Below, one piece after another: positions 45,701 through 54,724 of a stretch of 64,000 bases of DNA. The notes under the pieces are model-generated. The model worked only from the letters and a program-made list of their open reading frames with translations, was not told the DNA's origin and ran no database searches. Positions within the stretch are counted from its first letter, which is position 1. Each line of letters begins with the position of its first letter. Made by a program: the position numbers and the translations under genes. The DNA is taken from the NCBI RefSeq assembly GCF_030684895.1, contig NZ_JAUXXP010000016.1, positions 4,244-68,243 of the forward strand, written 5' to 3'. Source of the stretch: Pseudomonas sp. GTDB lineage: Bacteria > Pseudomonadota > Gammaproteobacteria > Pseudomonadales > Pseudomonadaceae.

Positions 45701-47408
45701 TTTCCTTGCTGGTTTTGACCCGGTAAGCCGCGCCATCACTGGCGAACACGGTCAGCAGGTAACGGCTGGGTTTGTCCGCCGCCGGCAGCTCCAGGGCCGC
45801 GCGGCCCTTGCTGTCGGTACGCAGCTCGGTGCTGCTGAGCTCCACCGGGAACTGACCGAGGTATTGCAGCTCGTTGTCGATCATCGACAACTGCTGCGCG
45901 CGCAGACTGAGTTGCAGGCGCGCATCCTTGACCGGTTTACCGTCTGGATAGAGTAGCGTCAGATTGCCAGTAATCGCCTCGCCAGTACGCAGGTCGGCCT
46001 TGTCCAGATTCAATGCGATTTCAAAATGCGGCTTGATGTAGTCCGCCACGCGGAAGGCACTGCTGTAGAGCTGATCACGGTAGGCGAAGCGCAACTCGTA
46101 GCCCCCGGCCACGGCATTCTCCGGCAACTGGAAACGGCCTTGGGTGCCGGCCTTGCCATCCAACTCCAGGCGCAGGGTTTGCAACACGCTGCCGGTCGCA
46201 TCGAGAACGCTTAGCGCCACCGGGGCGTTGGTCGCGGCGACCGAATCGCGGGCATTCTTGAACTCACGCCCAACGATTTTCACCTCGACCCAATCGCCCG
46301 GCCGGTACAGCGGCCTGTCGGTAAAGGCGTAGAGCTTGGTGTCATAGATTTCGCTGTCGTAATAGAAGTTCTCGGAGACGAACACACCGCCCTCGGCATC
46401 CTCACCAAGCACATAGGAACGCTCCGGGCTGGCATGCTGCAAGCGCAACAGCCCCCGGGCATCGGTGGTGCCGCTGCTCATCACGCCCAGACCGTCACTC
46501 CACAGCACCTTGGCGCCGCTCACCGGACTGCCCTCATGCTTACGCGCGGTCCAGACCAACAACTGGCCGCCAGCGATCTTGCTCACCGCCACTGTATTGG
46601 AAACGAACACCACGGTGGTGGCGCGATATTTACCAACCAGCGCCTCGACCAGATATAAGCCCGGCTTGAGCTTGCCCAGGGGGATGTAGACATTACCCGG
46701 CATGCTGTTGACGAACTGGCTGGACGAGCCTGCCAGCTCTACGCCCTCTGGCGGGGCGATGCTCTTCGCCTCCCAGAGCGGATAGCGGAACTGACTGACC
46801 ATGGGCAGGCCAGGCATCGGCGCGTACTGCGGCTGCGCCTCGAATTCGCTGGGTGCAACGATCGCCTCGCCCATCCTCAGTTCCGGCGCTTCTTCGGTGA
46901 CTTGCCTGCGCGACTCGTAGGAGAAGGCCCGTTGCATCACCCGGCGTGATTTGCGGTACCAGTTGTCCCACAAATACGACAGGGTATTGGACAGTCCCTC
47001 ACCCTTGAACTGACCTTCGGCAACCACCCGATGCAAATTCTTCTGTCGCTTGAGAAAATCCAGCGGCTGATCAATACGGTACACCCGTACATCGACCCCG
47101 CCGTAAGGCTCCATCAGGTAGCGGCGATAATCTCGCCCCGGTGCCTCCAGTCGCACCTGGGCGGTTTCGTCGCTGGCGAAACTGCTGTCGGCAAGCAGGA
47201 AGAACGACTCACCGCTCAACGGCGTGTAGCCGCTGCTCGCTACCGAATCGTCGGCTTGCACGACGGGTACCAGCAACGCCGCGCACAGCGCCACCCCGGG
47301 CAGCCAGGTGTGGCGGCCAACGGCAATCAGCGTGCGAGAAAATGCAGCCGATAAATGCCGATAAAGTTGGGGTTGATTGCATCGGGTATCCATCGGGTGT
47401 CCTTCCAT
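42774..47408 (-). CDS. magD: Bacterial alpha-2-macroglobulin family protein (YfaS/MagD class)
   Basis: 1544-aa ORF (alternative ATG at 47393). It has a signal peptide ending VVQA/DD with no canonical lipobox, repeated MG-like beta domains, and an A2M thioester-domain block [17 protein letters not shown]. Confidence 0.9.
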   Translation of the reverse strand: MEGHPMDTRCNQPQLYRHLSAAFSRTLIAVGRHTWLPGVALCAALLVPVVQADDSVASSGYTPLSGESFFLLADSSFASDETAQVRLEAPGRDYRRYLMEPYGGVDVRVYRIDQPLDFLKRQKNLHRVVAEGQFKGEGLSNTLSYLWDNWYRKSRRVMQRAFSYESRRQVTEEAPELRMGEAIVAPSEFEAQPQYAPMPGLPMVSQFRYPLWEAKSIAPPEGVELAGSSSQFVNSMPGNVYIPLGKLKPGLYLVEALVGKYRATTVVFVSNTVAVSKIAGGQLLVWTARKHEGSPVSGAKVLWSDGLGVMSSGTTDARGLLRLQHASPERSYVLGEDAEGGVFVSENFYYDSEIYDTKLYAFTDRPLYRPGDWVEVKIVGREFKNARDSVAATNAPVALSVLDATGSVLQTLRLELDGKAGTQGRFQLPENAVAGGYELRFAYRDQLYSSAFRVADYIKPHFEIALNLDKADLRTGEAITGNLTLLYPDGKPVKDARLQLSLRAQQLSMIDNELQYLGQFPVELSSTELRTDSKGRAALELPAADKPSRYLLTVFASDGAAYRVKTSKEILIERGAAHYRLAAAQRFSRVGERITFGYSAEQPSTLKPARYEWVRLEDQSQGDASLEAESKGFTIAFERPGTYSITLKNRHGLILGATGHTVSGEGIKAVAGTVEIVFDKPEYLAGDEALALITFPEPINDALLTLERDQVEATALLSQGADWLELEKLNDTQYRARIAVKADFSPNLTFSVLYTKGGDYSFQNAGIKVSQPQIEIDIVADKQQYQPGETVTVEIATRFAGQPNATRLTLSVVDEMIYALQPEVAPGIDQFFYHPRRNNVRTSASLSFISYDVALPGAPTAPGRANRSERGVKVLERPRREDVDTAAWQPDLVTGADGKVSFSFRMPDSLTRWRITARAVNEDGQVGQKKQFIRSEKPLYLKWSGPSLFRSGDRPALGLFVFNQGETATKAELLSRYAGQEKRIELALAPGINYVALAQDAVTAAQWSGELQQDGKTVDALNVSLRTHAAGWQDLQSQRLTANAGSNPLSLPADASEVSLRLENGVQSLFMHNLDALLEYPYGCVEQTASRLLPLSLVYPALAKGEPRIGERLRLIMQNSRLRLVQMAGPEAAFTWWGEAGEADAFLTAYAYYADWHASRVLNIALPAEHWQRVLEVYAKQALNTPPLQRALILSFARDMQLPVNSLLEGLLADLGRAGEGEAITLADDGVASLIMSAPDSTLGLAIARVLTAHLANQAKVAVPPSFKVQLEQAEGVLVASDHPFAEAIKLTLAVPDQARAVALLQRLAPEQSTLERALVLTWLKRVIEEVPVLAAPELGAGWLAQPSTSGERVWHWQGEGLPSSLDLPENLAQSLQVAVSLRSSQAPLSNLPVKVSRRLLRLVPGENAFEFSAEEVGDDTLSSDSLYLDEVTLHTEAERPLRYGLLEVPLPPGADVERTTWGIQVSGLGSAEAAPLEKARHEPGQLLYAVPIDSLQGTQVFRHLVRFSQKGQFSLPPVRYQRMYAPQDQALESQPALAELEVE

Positions 47409-47992
47409 GTCATGAGTTGTTGCACGCTGACCGCGCGCATGCCGTTGTCGGTCGGGGTGCTGGAGCCAGTGTGATAGGCAATGTCGCGGCCCATCCAGAT
47501 CATCAGGTGCTGATCGTCGCCTTGGTCGAAGAACAGCAGATCGCCGGGGCGCGCCTGGTTGAGGTCGCGGCCACCGAAGATGCTGTTGTGTTGAATAAGT
47601 TTGATCGCGTTAACGTAGGGCCCGACCTCGCCATTGCCCTGTTGCCACTGCTGCGCCAGGCGCCGCCGGGCATCACTCAGCGCCAGCTCCGGCGGTAGAT
47701 AACGGTTGGACAAGCCATTGCTGCGCAGCCACTTGGCGTCGTGCACTTTCAGCGCTTCATTGGCGGCAAAGCGCACCAGGCCCGCGCAGTCCTGCTGATG
47801 CCAGCGCGGGCTAGGCCCCTGACGCAGTTGCTCCTGGGCGATGCGCACAAACCAGGCACGAAACACCTGAGACTGCTCAGGATCGAGCGTCACCGGCGGC
47901 TCCGCTCGCAGGCCCAGGCTCGCGCACAACAGCCACAGCGCAACGCAGACTCGCCAAATGCTCACAGCGCACGCCACTCCAGAGGCAGCCAT
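47327..47992 (-). CDS. magC: DUF1175 / NlpC-P60-like protein (YfaT/MagC-like)
   Basis: 221-aa ORF. An alternative GTG start at 47965 forms a GTGA overlap with the magB stop. Motifs DCAGLVRFA and [19 protein letters not shown] resemble the NlpC/P60 Cys and His motifs. Confidence 0.75.
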   Translation of the reverse strand: MAASGVACAVSIWRVCVALWLLCASLGLRAEPPVTLDPEQSQVFRAWFVRIAQEQLRQGPSPRWHQQDCAGLVRFAANEALKVHDAKWLRSNGLSNRYLPPELALSDARRRLAQQWQQGNGEVGPYVNAIKLIQHNSIFGGRDLNQARPGDLLFFDQGDDQHLMIWMGRDIAYHTGSSTPTDNGMRAVSVQQLMTWKDTRWIPDAINPNFIGIYRLHFLAR

Positions 47993-49737
47993 TGCCAGGC
48001 TTCCTTGGCCTCACTGCCGGCGGGCAAGGTCAGGGCATATTTGCCGTGTCCGGCCAGGGCTTTCAGTTTGGGCAGCAGCAATGTCTGCGCGGCGTTACGA
48101 AATACCGGCTCCATGTCCGCCGGCAGGCTGTCGAAAGTCTCCTGCTCGAACAACGCCGAGAGGCTGTCCGGCGCCAGGTACGCCGGCACCAGAACGTTCT
48201 GAGGCAGCACGTCGGCGAGTGGCGGGAAGCGTTTGTCGAGGGTGCTGAGCGCCTTGTCGACCAGCCGATCGTCCAGAGAAAAAAGCAGCGTCGAACCATG
48301 TCGGGCCATGCTTACCCGGAAAAAGCCGCGCGCCGCCATAGCCTCGGGTTGCTGGGCATCGCTGGCAGGATAAGGGCCAAAGTTGGAACTCACCTCACGG
48401 CGCCAGGTTCGCTGTTCACCCAGGCTTTGTGCGATCACGGGGAAGCTGCCCTCCGCCGTATTGGCCTCCCAGGCACCGATCAGCGAGCCGAATAGCGTGC
48501 CCATCTGCTGATCCAATTCGGCGCTGGGCGGCGCACTCAGCAGACCGACCAGCAACGGCGAATGCAACCGCGATTCGGCGTACCAGCAGAGCCCGGCCGC
48601 GCCGCTGAGCTGAGCAGTGAGTGCCTTGGCCACCGCCTCCTCAGTGCCCACCTTGCTCAACAGGCGCTCGGATACTCCCCCTGCCACCGGCAGCGCCACA
48701 CAGGCGCTGGCGCCCATCGGCATGGCCCGCCATACCGGGGCGAAATCCAGCGTCGGCTGATCGTCGGCTTCGTTAAGCGCCAGGTAGCTGCGCCAGCCGC
48801 CGGCGTCCATCTCGAAGCGCACGCCGGCGAATGCCGGAATGAAGCGCTGATAGCCAAGGGCAAGGAAGCTCGACGCCAGCGTAATGCGTTGCTCCAGTTG
48901 TTCACGCGCCGGCAAGCCGAATCGCTCCGGGAAGGGTTGCCCACCCTCCAGCAGCGCCGCAACTGTGTGCGCCGACACCCTGGCCAGCGCCGGCGAGGCC
49001 GGCTCCAGCATCGGCGCCTCGGCGTCGACTGACGGGGCCTCGTCTATCTCTACGGCACTGGCAACATACTCGGACTCGGGCGCCAGGAGCATGTCAGCGC
49101 TCGATAGCAGGAGCAACTGATCGCCATAAGAGACGAACAACAGCGAGCGATGACTGTTGTAGCGCAGGCTATAGAACGGCACGACTTCATCATTGACCAG
49201 CAACTCACCGGCCTGGCTAAGCTGCTGGTCGTCCAGCGCCACCTTGGCCAGAGGCTCCAGCACCTTGGCCAGGCCGCCGCGCTGAATACGCACCAGGAAA
49301 TGCTTGAGCTTGCCACTGGCATCGCGCCACATGGCAACATCGGCGGGCTGGTCGAGCAGCTCGTCGAGCAGACTATCGCGCAGCTGCAGGTCATGTTCGA
49401 AGATGATCCTGCGCAGGCTGCCGGCCAAACCGAGTCGATCGGCATTGCCCTCGTAATAGAACACCAGGTCTTCGGTCAGGGTGTCGCGCAGCAGCGGCAC
49501 GGCCAGCAGATCCCTGGGCAGACGGCTCAGGGAGCTGCTTTCGATCAGCACGTCCGGGCGCGCCATATCCAGCCCGAGGACGTTTTTCTCGGCCAGCTCC
49601 GGGCCGCTTCGTATGGCCTGGAACCAGCCAAACAGTCCGGCCGCGACTATCGGCACAGCCAGGGCAAGGCCGATAAGCAGCGGGCGCAGGCGCCGAACAG
49701 ACGCGCTGGCGCTGGCGGGTGTGGTGTTGTCACTCAT
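47962..49737 (-). CDS. magB: YfaA/DUF2138-family protein with an N-terminal TM anchor (MagB-like)
   Basis: 591-aa ORF with the TM helix [19 protein letters not shown]. The family assignment comes from operon position and size, not from a recognised motif. Confidence 0.65.
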   Translation of the reverse strand: MSDNTTPASASASVRRLRPLLIGLALAVPIVAAGLFGWFQAIRSGPELAEKNVLGLDMARPDVLIESSSLSRLPRDLLAVPLLRDTLTEDLVFYYEGNADRLGLAGSLRRIIFEHDLQLRDSLLDELLDQPADVAMWRDASGKLKHFLVRIQRGGLAKVLEPLAKVALDDQQLSQAGELLVNDEVVPFYSLRYNSHRSLLFVSYGDQLLLLSSADMLLAPESEYVASAVEIDEAPSVDAEAPMLEPASPALARVSAHTVAALLEGGQPFPERFGLPAREQLEQRITLASSFLALGYQRFIPAFAGVRFEMDAGGWRSYLALNEADDQPTLDFAPVWRAMPMGASACVALPVAGGVSERLLSKVGTEEAVAKALTAQLSGAAGLCWYAESRLHSPLLVGLLSAPPSAELDQQMGTLFGSLIGAWEANTAEGSFPVIAQSLGEQRTWRREVSSNFGPYPASDAQQPEAMAARGFFRVSMARHGSTLLFSLDDRLVDKALSTLDKRFPPLADVLPQNVLVPAYLAPDSLSALFEQETFDSLPADMEPVFRNAAQTLLLPKLKALAGHGKYALTLPAGSEAKEAWQWLPLEWRAL

Positions 49738-49774
49738 GTATGGAAACCCCAGTTCTTCCCTGCTGTGGGAGCAC

Positions 49775-50563
49775 TCAATAGTTGAAAGACTTGATCAGTA
49801 GCAGATCGCCGATAGTGCGCAGCGGCACGACGAAGGTCTCGCGCTTTTCATTGACGGTGTTTTCGTTGAAGACCAGGTTGATCTGCGCGGTGATCACCTC
49901 GTTCTGATTGCTACCAGCCTGGAAGTTGTAACCCTGGCTGTTCAGGTTGCCCCAGTAGTTGACGTAAATCAGGTAGGTACCGTGCAATGGCGCGCTCATG
50001 GTAAACATCTCCGGGCCCGGGCCATCGACGCTGTCGACGTCCAACCCACCCCCATTGCTCAGCACCGGGCGGGCCCAGAACGCATGCTGGCCATCCGGAG
50101 TCACCACATGCAGGTCGAGTTCGGCCTTGGGATCGTCCCAACCCAGGGCAATCCGCACCCGCGCCGGGGTTTTGCTCAGGTTGGCTTCGTAAAACTGCAC
50201 GCGTTTGAGCCGCTGGCCTTCGGCACTGACCAGCTCGACGCTGTTCGAGCCAGCGCCAAAGTTGTAGGGACGAGCAAAGCGACCTTCGGCATCGGTATAA
50301 AGAGGCAGGGGGTTGCCGTTGACCACCAGGCGGTGCGGCGTACGCTCTGCGGCAAGGTCTTTCAGCTTGCCTTCGATCATGCTGCGGCTGCGCTGGCCAC
50401 CGCGATCAATCGGCGGCGTTGGATACGCCACGCGCGGCGTTTGCATGTCATTGAGCAAGCCGGAATAGCGCCAGCCGGCAGTCGGTCCATCCAGGCTCAT
50501 CGCCGGTTCGGCCTGCAGTCCAGTCGCCAGCAACAGGCCGAGACACACGTAAACACCGCGCAT
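49775..50563 (-). CDS. magA: YfaP/DUF2135-family periplasmic protein, first gene of the A2M operon (MagA-like)
   Basis: 262-aa ORF with a signal peptide (LLLATGLQA/EP) and the SD AAGGA. It is a paralog of 40359-41129. Confidence 0.7.
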   Translation of the reverse strand: MRGVYVCLGLLLATGLQAEPAMSLDGPTAGWRYSGLLNDMQTPRVAYPTPPIDRGGQRSRSMIEGKLKDLAAERTPHRLVVNGNPLPLYTDAEGRFARPYNFGAGSNSVELVSAEGQRLKRVQFYEANLSKTPARVRIALGWDDPKAELDLHVVTPDGQHAFWARPVLSNGGGLDVDSVDGPGPEMFTMSAPLHGTYLIYVNYWGNLNSQGYNFQAGSNQNEVITAQINLVFNENTVNEKRETFVVPLRTIGDLLLIKSFNY

Positions 50564-50719
50564 GCTTAATCCTTTAAAACGGGTGCGAGGGGACGCAAAT
50601 TAAAGACTTGCAAGCGAACTGACAATCTCCACCGGGTCTCGGTGACGAGGTTTCCGGCATCCATCACACTTTACTCGGCTGGTGGGGCAGCTCCAGCAGA
50701 TGCAGCCTTGTCGCACGAC

Positions 50720-51661
50720 TCAGATCCAACCGCCCCACTGCAGCACAAACAGTCCGAGGTTGGTGGTCACTACCGTGGCCAGGGTGGTCAGCACGATGAT
50801 CGCCGCCGCCAACTGATGATTACCGCCCACCGCCTTGGCCATCACGAAACTGGCCGCCGCCGTGGGGCTGGCGAAGTACAGAAAGAGAATCGCCAGATCG
50901 GCATCGCGAAAGCCCCACAGCCAGGCGCCCAGGGTTGCCAGCAAGGGCAGCCAGAGCACCTTCATCAGGCTTGAGCTGAGCGCCATGCCACTGCTCTCGC
51001 GCAGCGACTCCAAGGTCAAGGTGCCGCCAATGCAGATCAACGCTAGCGGCAGGCTCATCTGCGCAAAGTACTCGCCAGAAGTCAGCAGCCAAACCGGCAG
51101 CGCAATCTGCCAGACGGCAAAGGGAATGGCCGCCAGCACGCCGATGATCAGCGGATTGCTGAAGATGTTCTTGGTCAGACTCCAGGCATCGGTTTTGGCC
51201 TGTGGGCTATAAATCGCCAGGACAATTGCCGACAGGGTGTTGTAGCTGAGGATCACCACCCCACCGAGCACCGCGCCGACCGATAGGCCGTAATCGCCAT
51301 ACATGCTGGTGGCCAGCGCCAGGCCGATAATGCCGTTGTTGCCGCGAAACGCGCCCTGGGTGTAGATGCCGCGATCCGCCTCAGGGCAGCGCAGGATCGC
51401 CCAGCCCCAGGCCAACAGAAAGCAGCCCAGAGTCGCCAGCACAAAATACACCAGCAAGGCCGGCTGCAAGGCGGTGCGCAAATCCGCCTGGACGATACCG
51501 AGAAACAACAGGGTGGGCAGCGTGCCACGAAACACCAGCGCGGATGCGGTGTTGATAAAGGCCGCATCAATCAGCCCCAGACGCTTGAGCGCCACGCCGA
51601 GAAACAGCATGGAAAACACCGGGGCGGTTACGCTGATGGTTTGCTGAACAACGGCGAGCAT
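50720..51661 (-). CDS. AEC (auxin efflux carrier) family transporter
   Basis: 313-aa ORF with about 10 TM helices and the two-halves architecture typical of AEC/MdcF-like permeases. Confidence 0.8.
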   Translation of the reverse strand: MLAVVQQTISVTAPVFSMLFLGVALKRLGLIDAAFINTASALVFRGTLPTLLFLGIVQADLRTALQPALLVYFVLATLGCFLLAWGWAILRCPEADRGIYTQGAFRGNNGIIGLALATSMYGDYGLSVGAVLGGVVILSYNTLSAIVLAIYSPQAKTDAWSLTKNIFSNPLIIGVLAAIPFAVWQIALPVWLLTSGEYFAQMSLPLALICIGGTLTLESLRESSGMALSSSLMKVLWLPLLATLGAWLWGFRDADLAILFLYFASPTAAASFVMAKAVGGNHQLAAAIIVLTTLATVVTTNLGLFVLQWGGWI

Positions 51662-51753
51662 GACAGCCCCTGACCAGTTAGATAGGGGGCTAATGATAGC
51701 AAGGTTGCCTGGCGGAAAGCTTTCAGCAGCCTTTCATGCCTAGAACATAACGT

Positions 51754-52314
51754 TTAGCGACGTACCGGACGCTTCTGCAATTTGCGCTGCAAGGTGCGCC
51801 GGTGCATGCCCAAAGCGCGGGCGGTGGCGGAGATATTGCCTTCGTGCTCGCTAAGTACGCGCTGGATATGCTCCCACTGCAGGCGGTCCACCGACATCGG
51901 GTTTTCCGGCACCAGGGTATCCAGGTCGGCATGCTGGGTTAGCAGCGCCGCCAGCACATCATCGGCATCGGCCGGCTTGCACAGGTAGTTGCAGGCGCCG
52001 CGTTTGATTGCCTCTACGGCGGTGGCAATGCTCGAATAACCGGTGAGGATCACCACACGCATCTCAGCGTCCAGCTCCAGCAGCTTGGGCAGCAGCACCA
52101 GACCAGAATCACCTTCCATCTTCAGGTCGACCACGGCGTAATCCGGCACATCCTGTTCGGCCAGGGCCAGGCCTTCTTCGGCCGAGCCAGCGGTGGAAAC
52201 CCGCAGGCCACGACGGCTCATGGCGCGGGCCATAACGCGGGTGAAGGTCGGATCGTCATCGACCAGCAGCAGGTGCGGTTGTTCTTCGCCTTCGAACAGC
52301 ACTTCATCGCTCAT
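51754..52314 (-). CDS. roxR: RegA/PrrA/ActR-type response regulator (RoxR)
   Basis: 186-aa ORF with a receiver domain (LLLVDDD, VVDLKM) and a Fis-type HTH (NISATARALGMHRRTLQRKL). Confidence 0.85.
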   Translation of the reverse strand: MSDEVLFEGEEQPHLLLVDDDPTFTRVMARAMSRRGLRVSTAGSAEEGLALAEQDVPDYAVVDLKMEGDSGLVLLPKLLELDAEMRVVILTGYSSIATAVEAIKRGACNYLCKPADADDVLAALLTQHADLDTLVPENPMSVDRLQWEHIQRVLSEHEGNISATARALGMHRRTLQRKLQKRPVRR

Positions 52315-52326
52315 TCGGGTATTTCC

Positions 52327-53580
52327 TTAGCTTCGGCCATAGGCGCGCGGCAGTTTCAGCTCGGTGAGCGTGCCGCCTTCTTCGTGGTTATACAGTTTAA
52401 CCGTGCCGCCAGCACGGGTGACGCTGGCCTGACTGAGGAACAAACCCAGGCCGAAACCCTTACCCTTGGTGGTGAAAAACGGCCGCCCCAGCTGCTCGGC
52501 AATCGCCAGCGGCACACCCGCGCCAAAGTCGCGGATGCTCAGGCGCAGCCATTGATGATCCCAGTCCAAACGGATATCCAGCTTGTCCGGGCAGGCATCG
52601 GCAGCGTTGTTCAGCAGGTTGAGCAGCGCCTGGGTCAGATCGGCTGGCGGCATCATACGTGGCGGCGCGCCACGGCCCAGGCATTGGTAGCGATAACTGG
52701 CTTCGGGGCGCATCAGGTGCCAGCGGTTGAGGGTGGTTTCCAGCCACTCCACCGAAGACAACTCGATCACCGCCTGACGCCGATCCGCTTCGGCGGCGCG
52801 CACCAGATGCTGCAGGGTTTCCTTGCACAGTTTGACCTGCTCCTGCAGCACCGCCAGATCCTCTTGCAGGGTCGGTTCCTGATGCTCGCGGCGCAGTTCC
52901 TTGATCAACACGCTCATGGTCGCCAGCGGCGTACCCAGCTCATGCGCGGCACCCGCCGCCTGGGTTGCCACGGCGAGCAGCTGCTGGTCACGCAAACCCT
53001 CTTCACGGCGCTCGGCGCGCAGCTCTTCTTGGTGACGCAGCTCTTCGGCCATCTTCGCCACAAAGAAGGTGATCAAGCCGGCGGCCAAAGCAAAGCTCAA
53101 CCACATGCCGTAGATCAGCAGGCTTTCCCGTGGCCCCTGCGGTAACTCCAGCGGGTGCGACCAGACCAGCAGAAAGGTGTAACCGCCCAGCGCCAGGCCG
53201 GACAGGGTGATGGTGTAGAGCCAGGGCAAGGTCGCCGCCGCAATGGTCAGCGGCACCAGGTAATAAGAAACAAAGGGGTTGGTCGAACCACCCGAGTAAT
53301 ACAGCAGCAAGCTGTGGATGATCAGGTCGCAGCCCAGTTGTACCGCGTATTCCTGCTCGGTCACCGGCCAAGGGCCACGTAGGCGCAGCGCGGTGAGTAG
53401 GCACAGCACCAGGGAAATGCCGAGGGTCACGCTCAGTTCCAGCCAGGGCAGCGGCAACGCACCGGACTTGTACGCCAGGCCCACAGAACCGGCCTGCGCC
53501 GCCAGCACCAGAATGCGGATCAGGGTCAGGCGCCAGAGGTTTTGCCGGCTCGCCGACAGTAGCTGCACAGGTGCGAGCAT
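52327..53580 (-). CDS. roxS: RegB/PrrB-type sensor histidine kinase (RoxS)
   Basis: 417-aa ORF with six N-terminal TM segments, the H-box AAHELGTPLATM, and N and G boxes (LNNAADA, GFGLGL). Confidence 0.85.
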   Translation of the reverse strand: MLAPVQLLSASRQNLWRLTLIRILVLAAQAGSVGLAYKSGALPLPWLELSVTLGISLVLCLLTALRLRGPWPVTEQEYAVQLGCDLIIHSLLLYYSGGSTNPFVSYYLVPLTIAAATLPWLYTITLSGLALGGYTFLLVWSHPLELPQGPRESLLIYGMWLSFALAAGLITFFVAKMAEELRHQEELRAERREEGLRDQQLLAVATQAAGAAHELGTPLATMSVLIKELRREHQEPTLQEDLAVLQEQVKLCKETLQHLVRAAEADRRQAVIELSSVEWLETTLNRWHLMRPEASYRYQCLGRGAPPRMMPPADLTQALLNLLNNAADACPDKLDIRLDWDHQWLRLSIRDFGAGVPLAIAEQLGRPFFTTKGKGFGLGLFLSQASVTRAGGTVKLYNHEEGGTLTELKLPRAYGRS

Positions 53581-53791
53581 AGAATCTCCAAGATGCTCAT
53601 TTAGCGAGCCGCAGGAGTATAACCAAGCCTCTGTGCGCCTAACTGCGGCAACGCGCCGCAGCCAATGTCACACTCATCAATGATCCGAGAATAAATTCTG
53701 GAACCGGATTTAACCCGTCCAGTCTGATCGCTACGTCTACCCTCTGGAAAGCCGCGCATACCCCATGCGCCCATCACATAAAGGAATCATC

Positions 53792-54502
53792 ATGCTGCCA
53801 TTGTCCCGCCTCGCCACCGCCCTGCTGCTGAGCGCCACCAGCCTGTTGAGCGCCACGGCCATGGCCGAAGAAGCGCGTTACAACCAGGTCGCGCTGCGCG
53901 CCGAGGTCAATCAGGAAATTGCTCACGACCTGATGCACGTCACCCTCTACAGCGAAGCCCAGGACAGCGACCCAGCCGCCCTCGCCGCGCAGATCAGCAA
54001 GACCCTCAACGCCGGCATCGCCCAGGCCCGCCTGGTCAAAGGTGTCAGCGTCGCCTCAGGCAGCCGTAACAGCTACCCGGTGTACGACGACAAGGGCCAG
54101 AAAATCACCGCCTGGCGCGAGCGCGCCGAGTTGCGCTTGGAAAGCGCTGACTTCAGCGCGTTGTCCAAGCTCACCGGGGAAATGCTGCAAACCCTGAAGA
54201 TGGGCGGGATGAACTTCAGTATCGCCTCAGACACCCGCAAAACCCACGAAGACGCCCTGCTCAAGGATGCCGTGGCAGCCTTCAAGGCCCGCGCGCAACT
54301 GGCCACCGAAGCCCTCGGCGGCAGCGGCTACAAACTCGTCAGCCTGAGCCTGAACAGCGGTGGCTTCCAGCCGCCGATCATGCGCATGGAAGCGATGAAA
54401 GGCGCAGCGATGATGGATGCGTCAGCCACTCCGGATATCGAAGCCGGCACCAGCCAGGTAAGCATTAATGCCGATGGCGTAATCGAAGTGCAGATGCCGT
54501 AA
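53792..54502 (+). CDS. SIMPL-domain (DUF541) periplasmic protein
   Basis: The ORF 53765-54502 was trimmed to the ATG at 53792 (MLPLSRLATALLLSATSLLSATAMA). The family call is by pattern and remembered synteny. Confidence 0.75.
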   Translation: MLPLSRLATALLLSATSLLSATAMAEEARYNQVALRAEVNQEIAHDLMHVTLYSEAQDSDPAALAAQISKTLNAGIAQARLVKGVSVASGSRNSYPVYDDKGQKITAWRERAELRLESADFSALSKLTGEMLQTLKMGGMNFSIASDTRKTHEDALLKDAVAAFKARAQLATEALGGSGYKLVSLSLNSGGFQPPIMRMEAMKGAAMMDASATPDIEAGTSQVSINADGVIEVQMP

Positions 54503-54724
54503 AAACTGCTACAAACAGAAGCAGCGCCGTTATCCGACGATAGCGGCGCTTTGCCATGTTATCCCCGCTCTTTTATAGAATTGCGACACCAGGTACAGCT
54601 GCATCGTCATTCCTGTTCTCTCTGCGACATGCCACTTGCCTGCGGCATACGCCCTGCATAGCTTCACCCAAGGTCTCCACAAGAGGCCCCTCAGGATCAC
54701 AACCACAATAACCATGAGGTCACT

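Noticed and set aside
41108-47698. Many 60-350-aa plus-strand ORFs across the mag operon (for example 44907-45956 and 42077-42868)
   Set aside because: All are embedded antisense in the long minus-strand genes. They are Arg/Ala/Gln/Pro-rich, show no start-site signals, and are consistent with GC bias.
50564-50719. Search for sigma-54 (GG-N10-GC) promoters upstream of magA, the SIMPL gene (TGGAACCGGATTTAAC near 53700) and the dpp genes
   Set aside because: No site has the correct GG/GC spacing together with the TTGC element. The SIMPL-upstream match lacks the GC dinucleotide.
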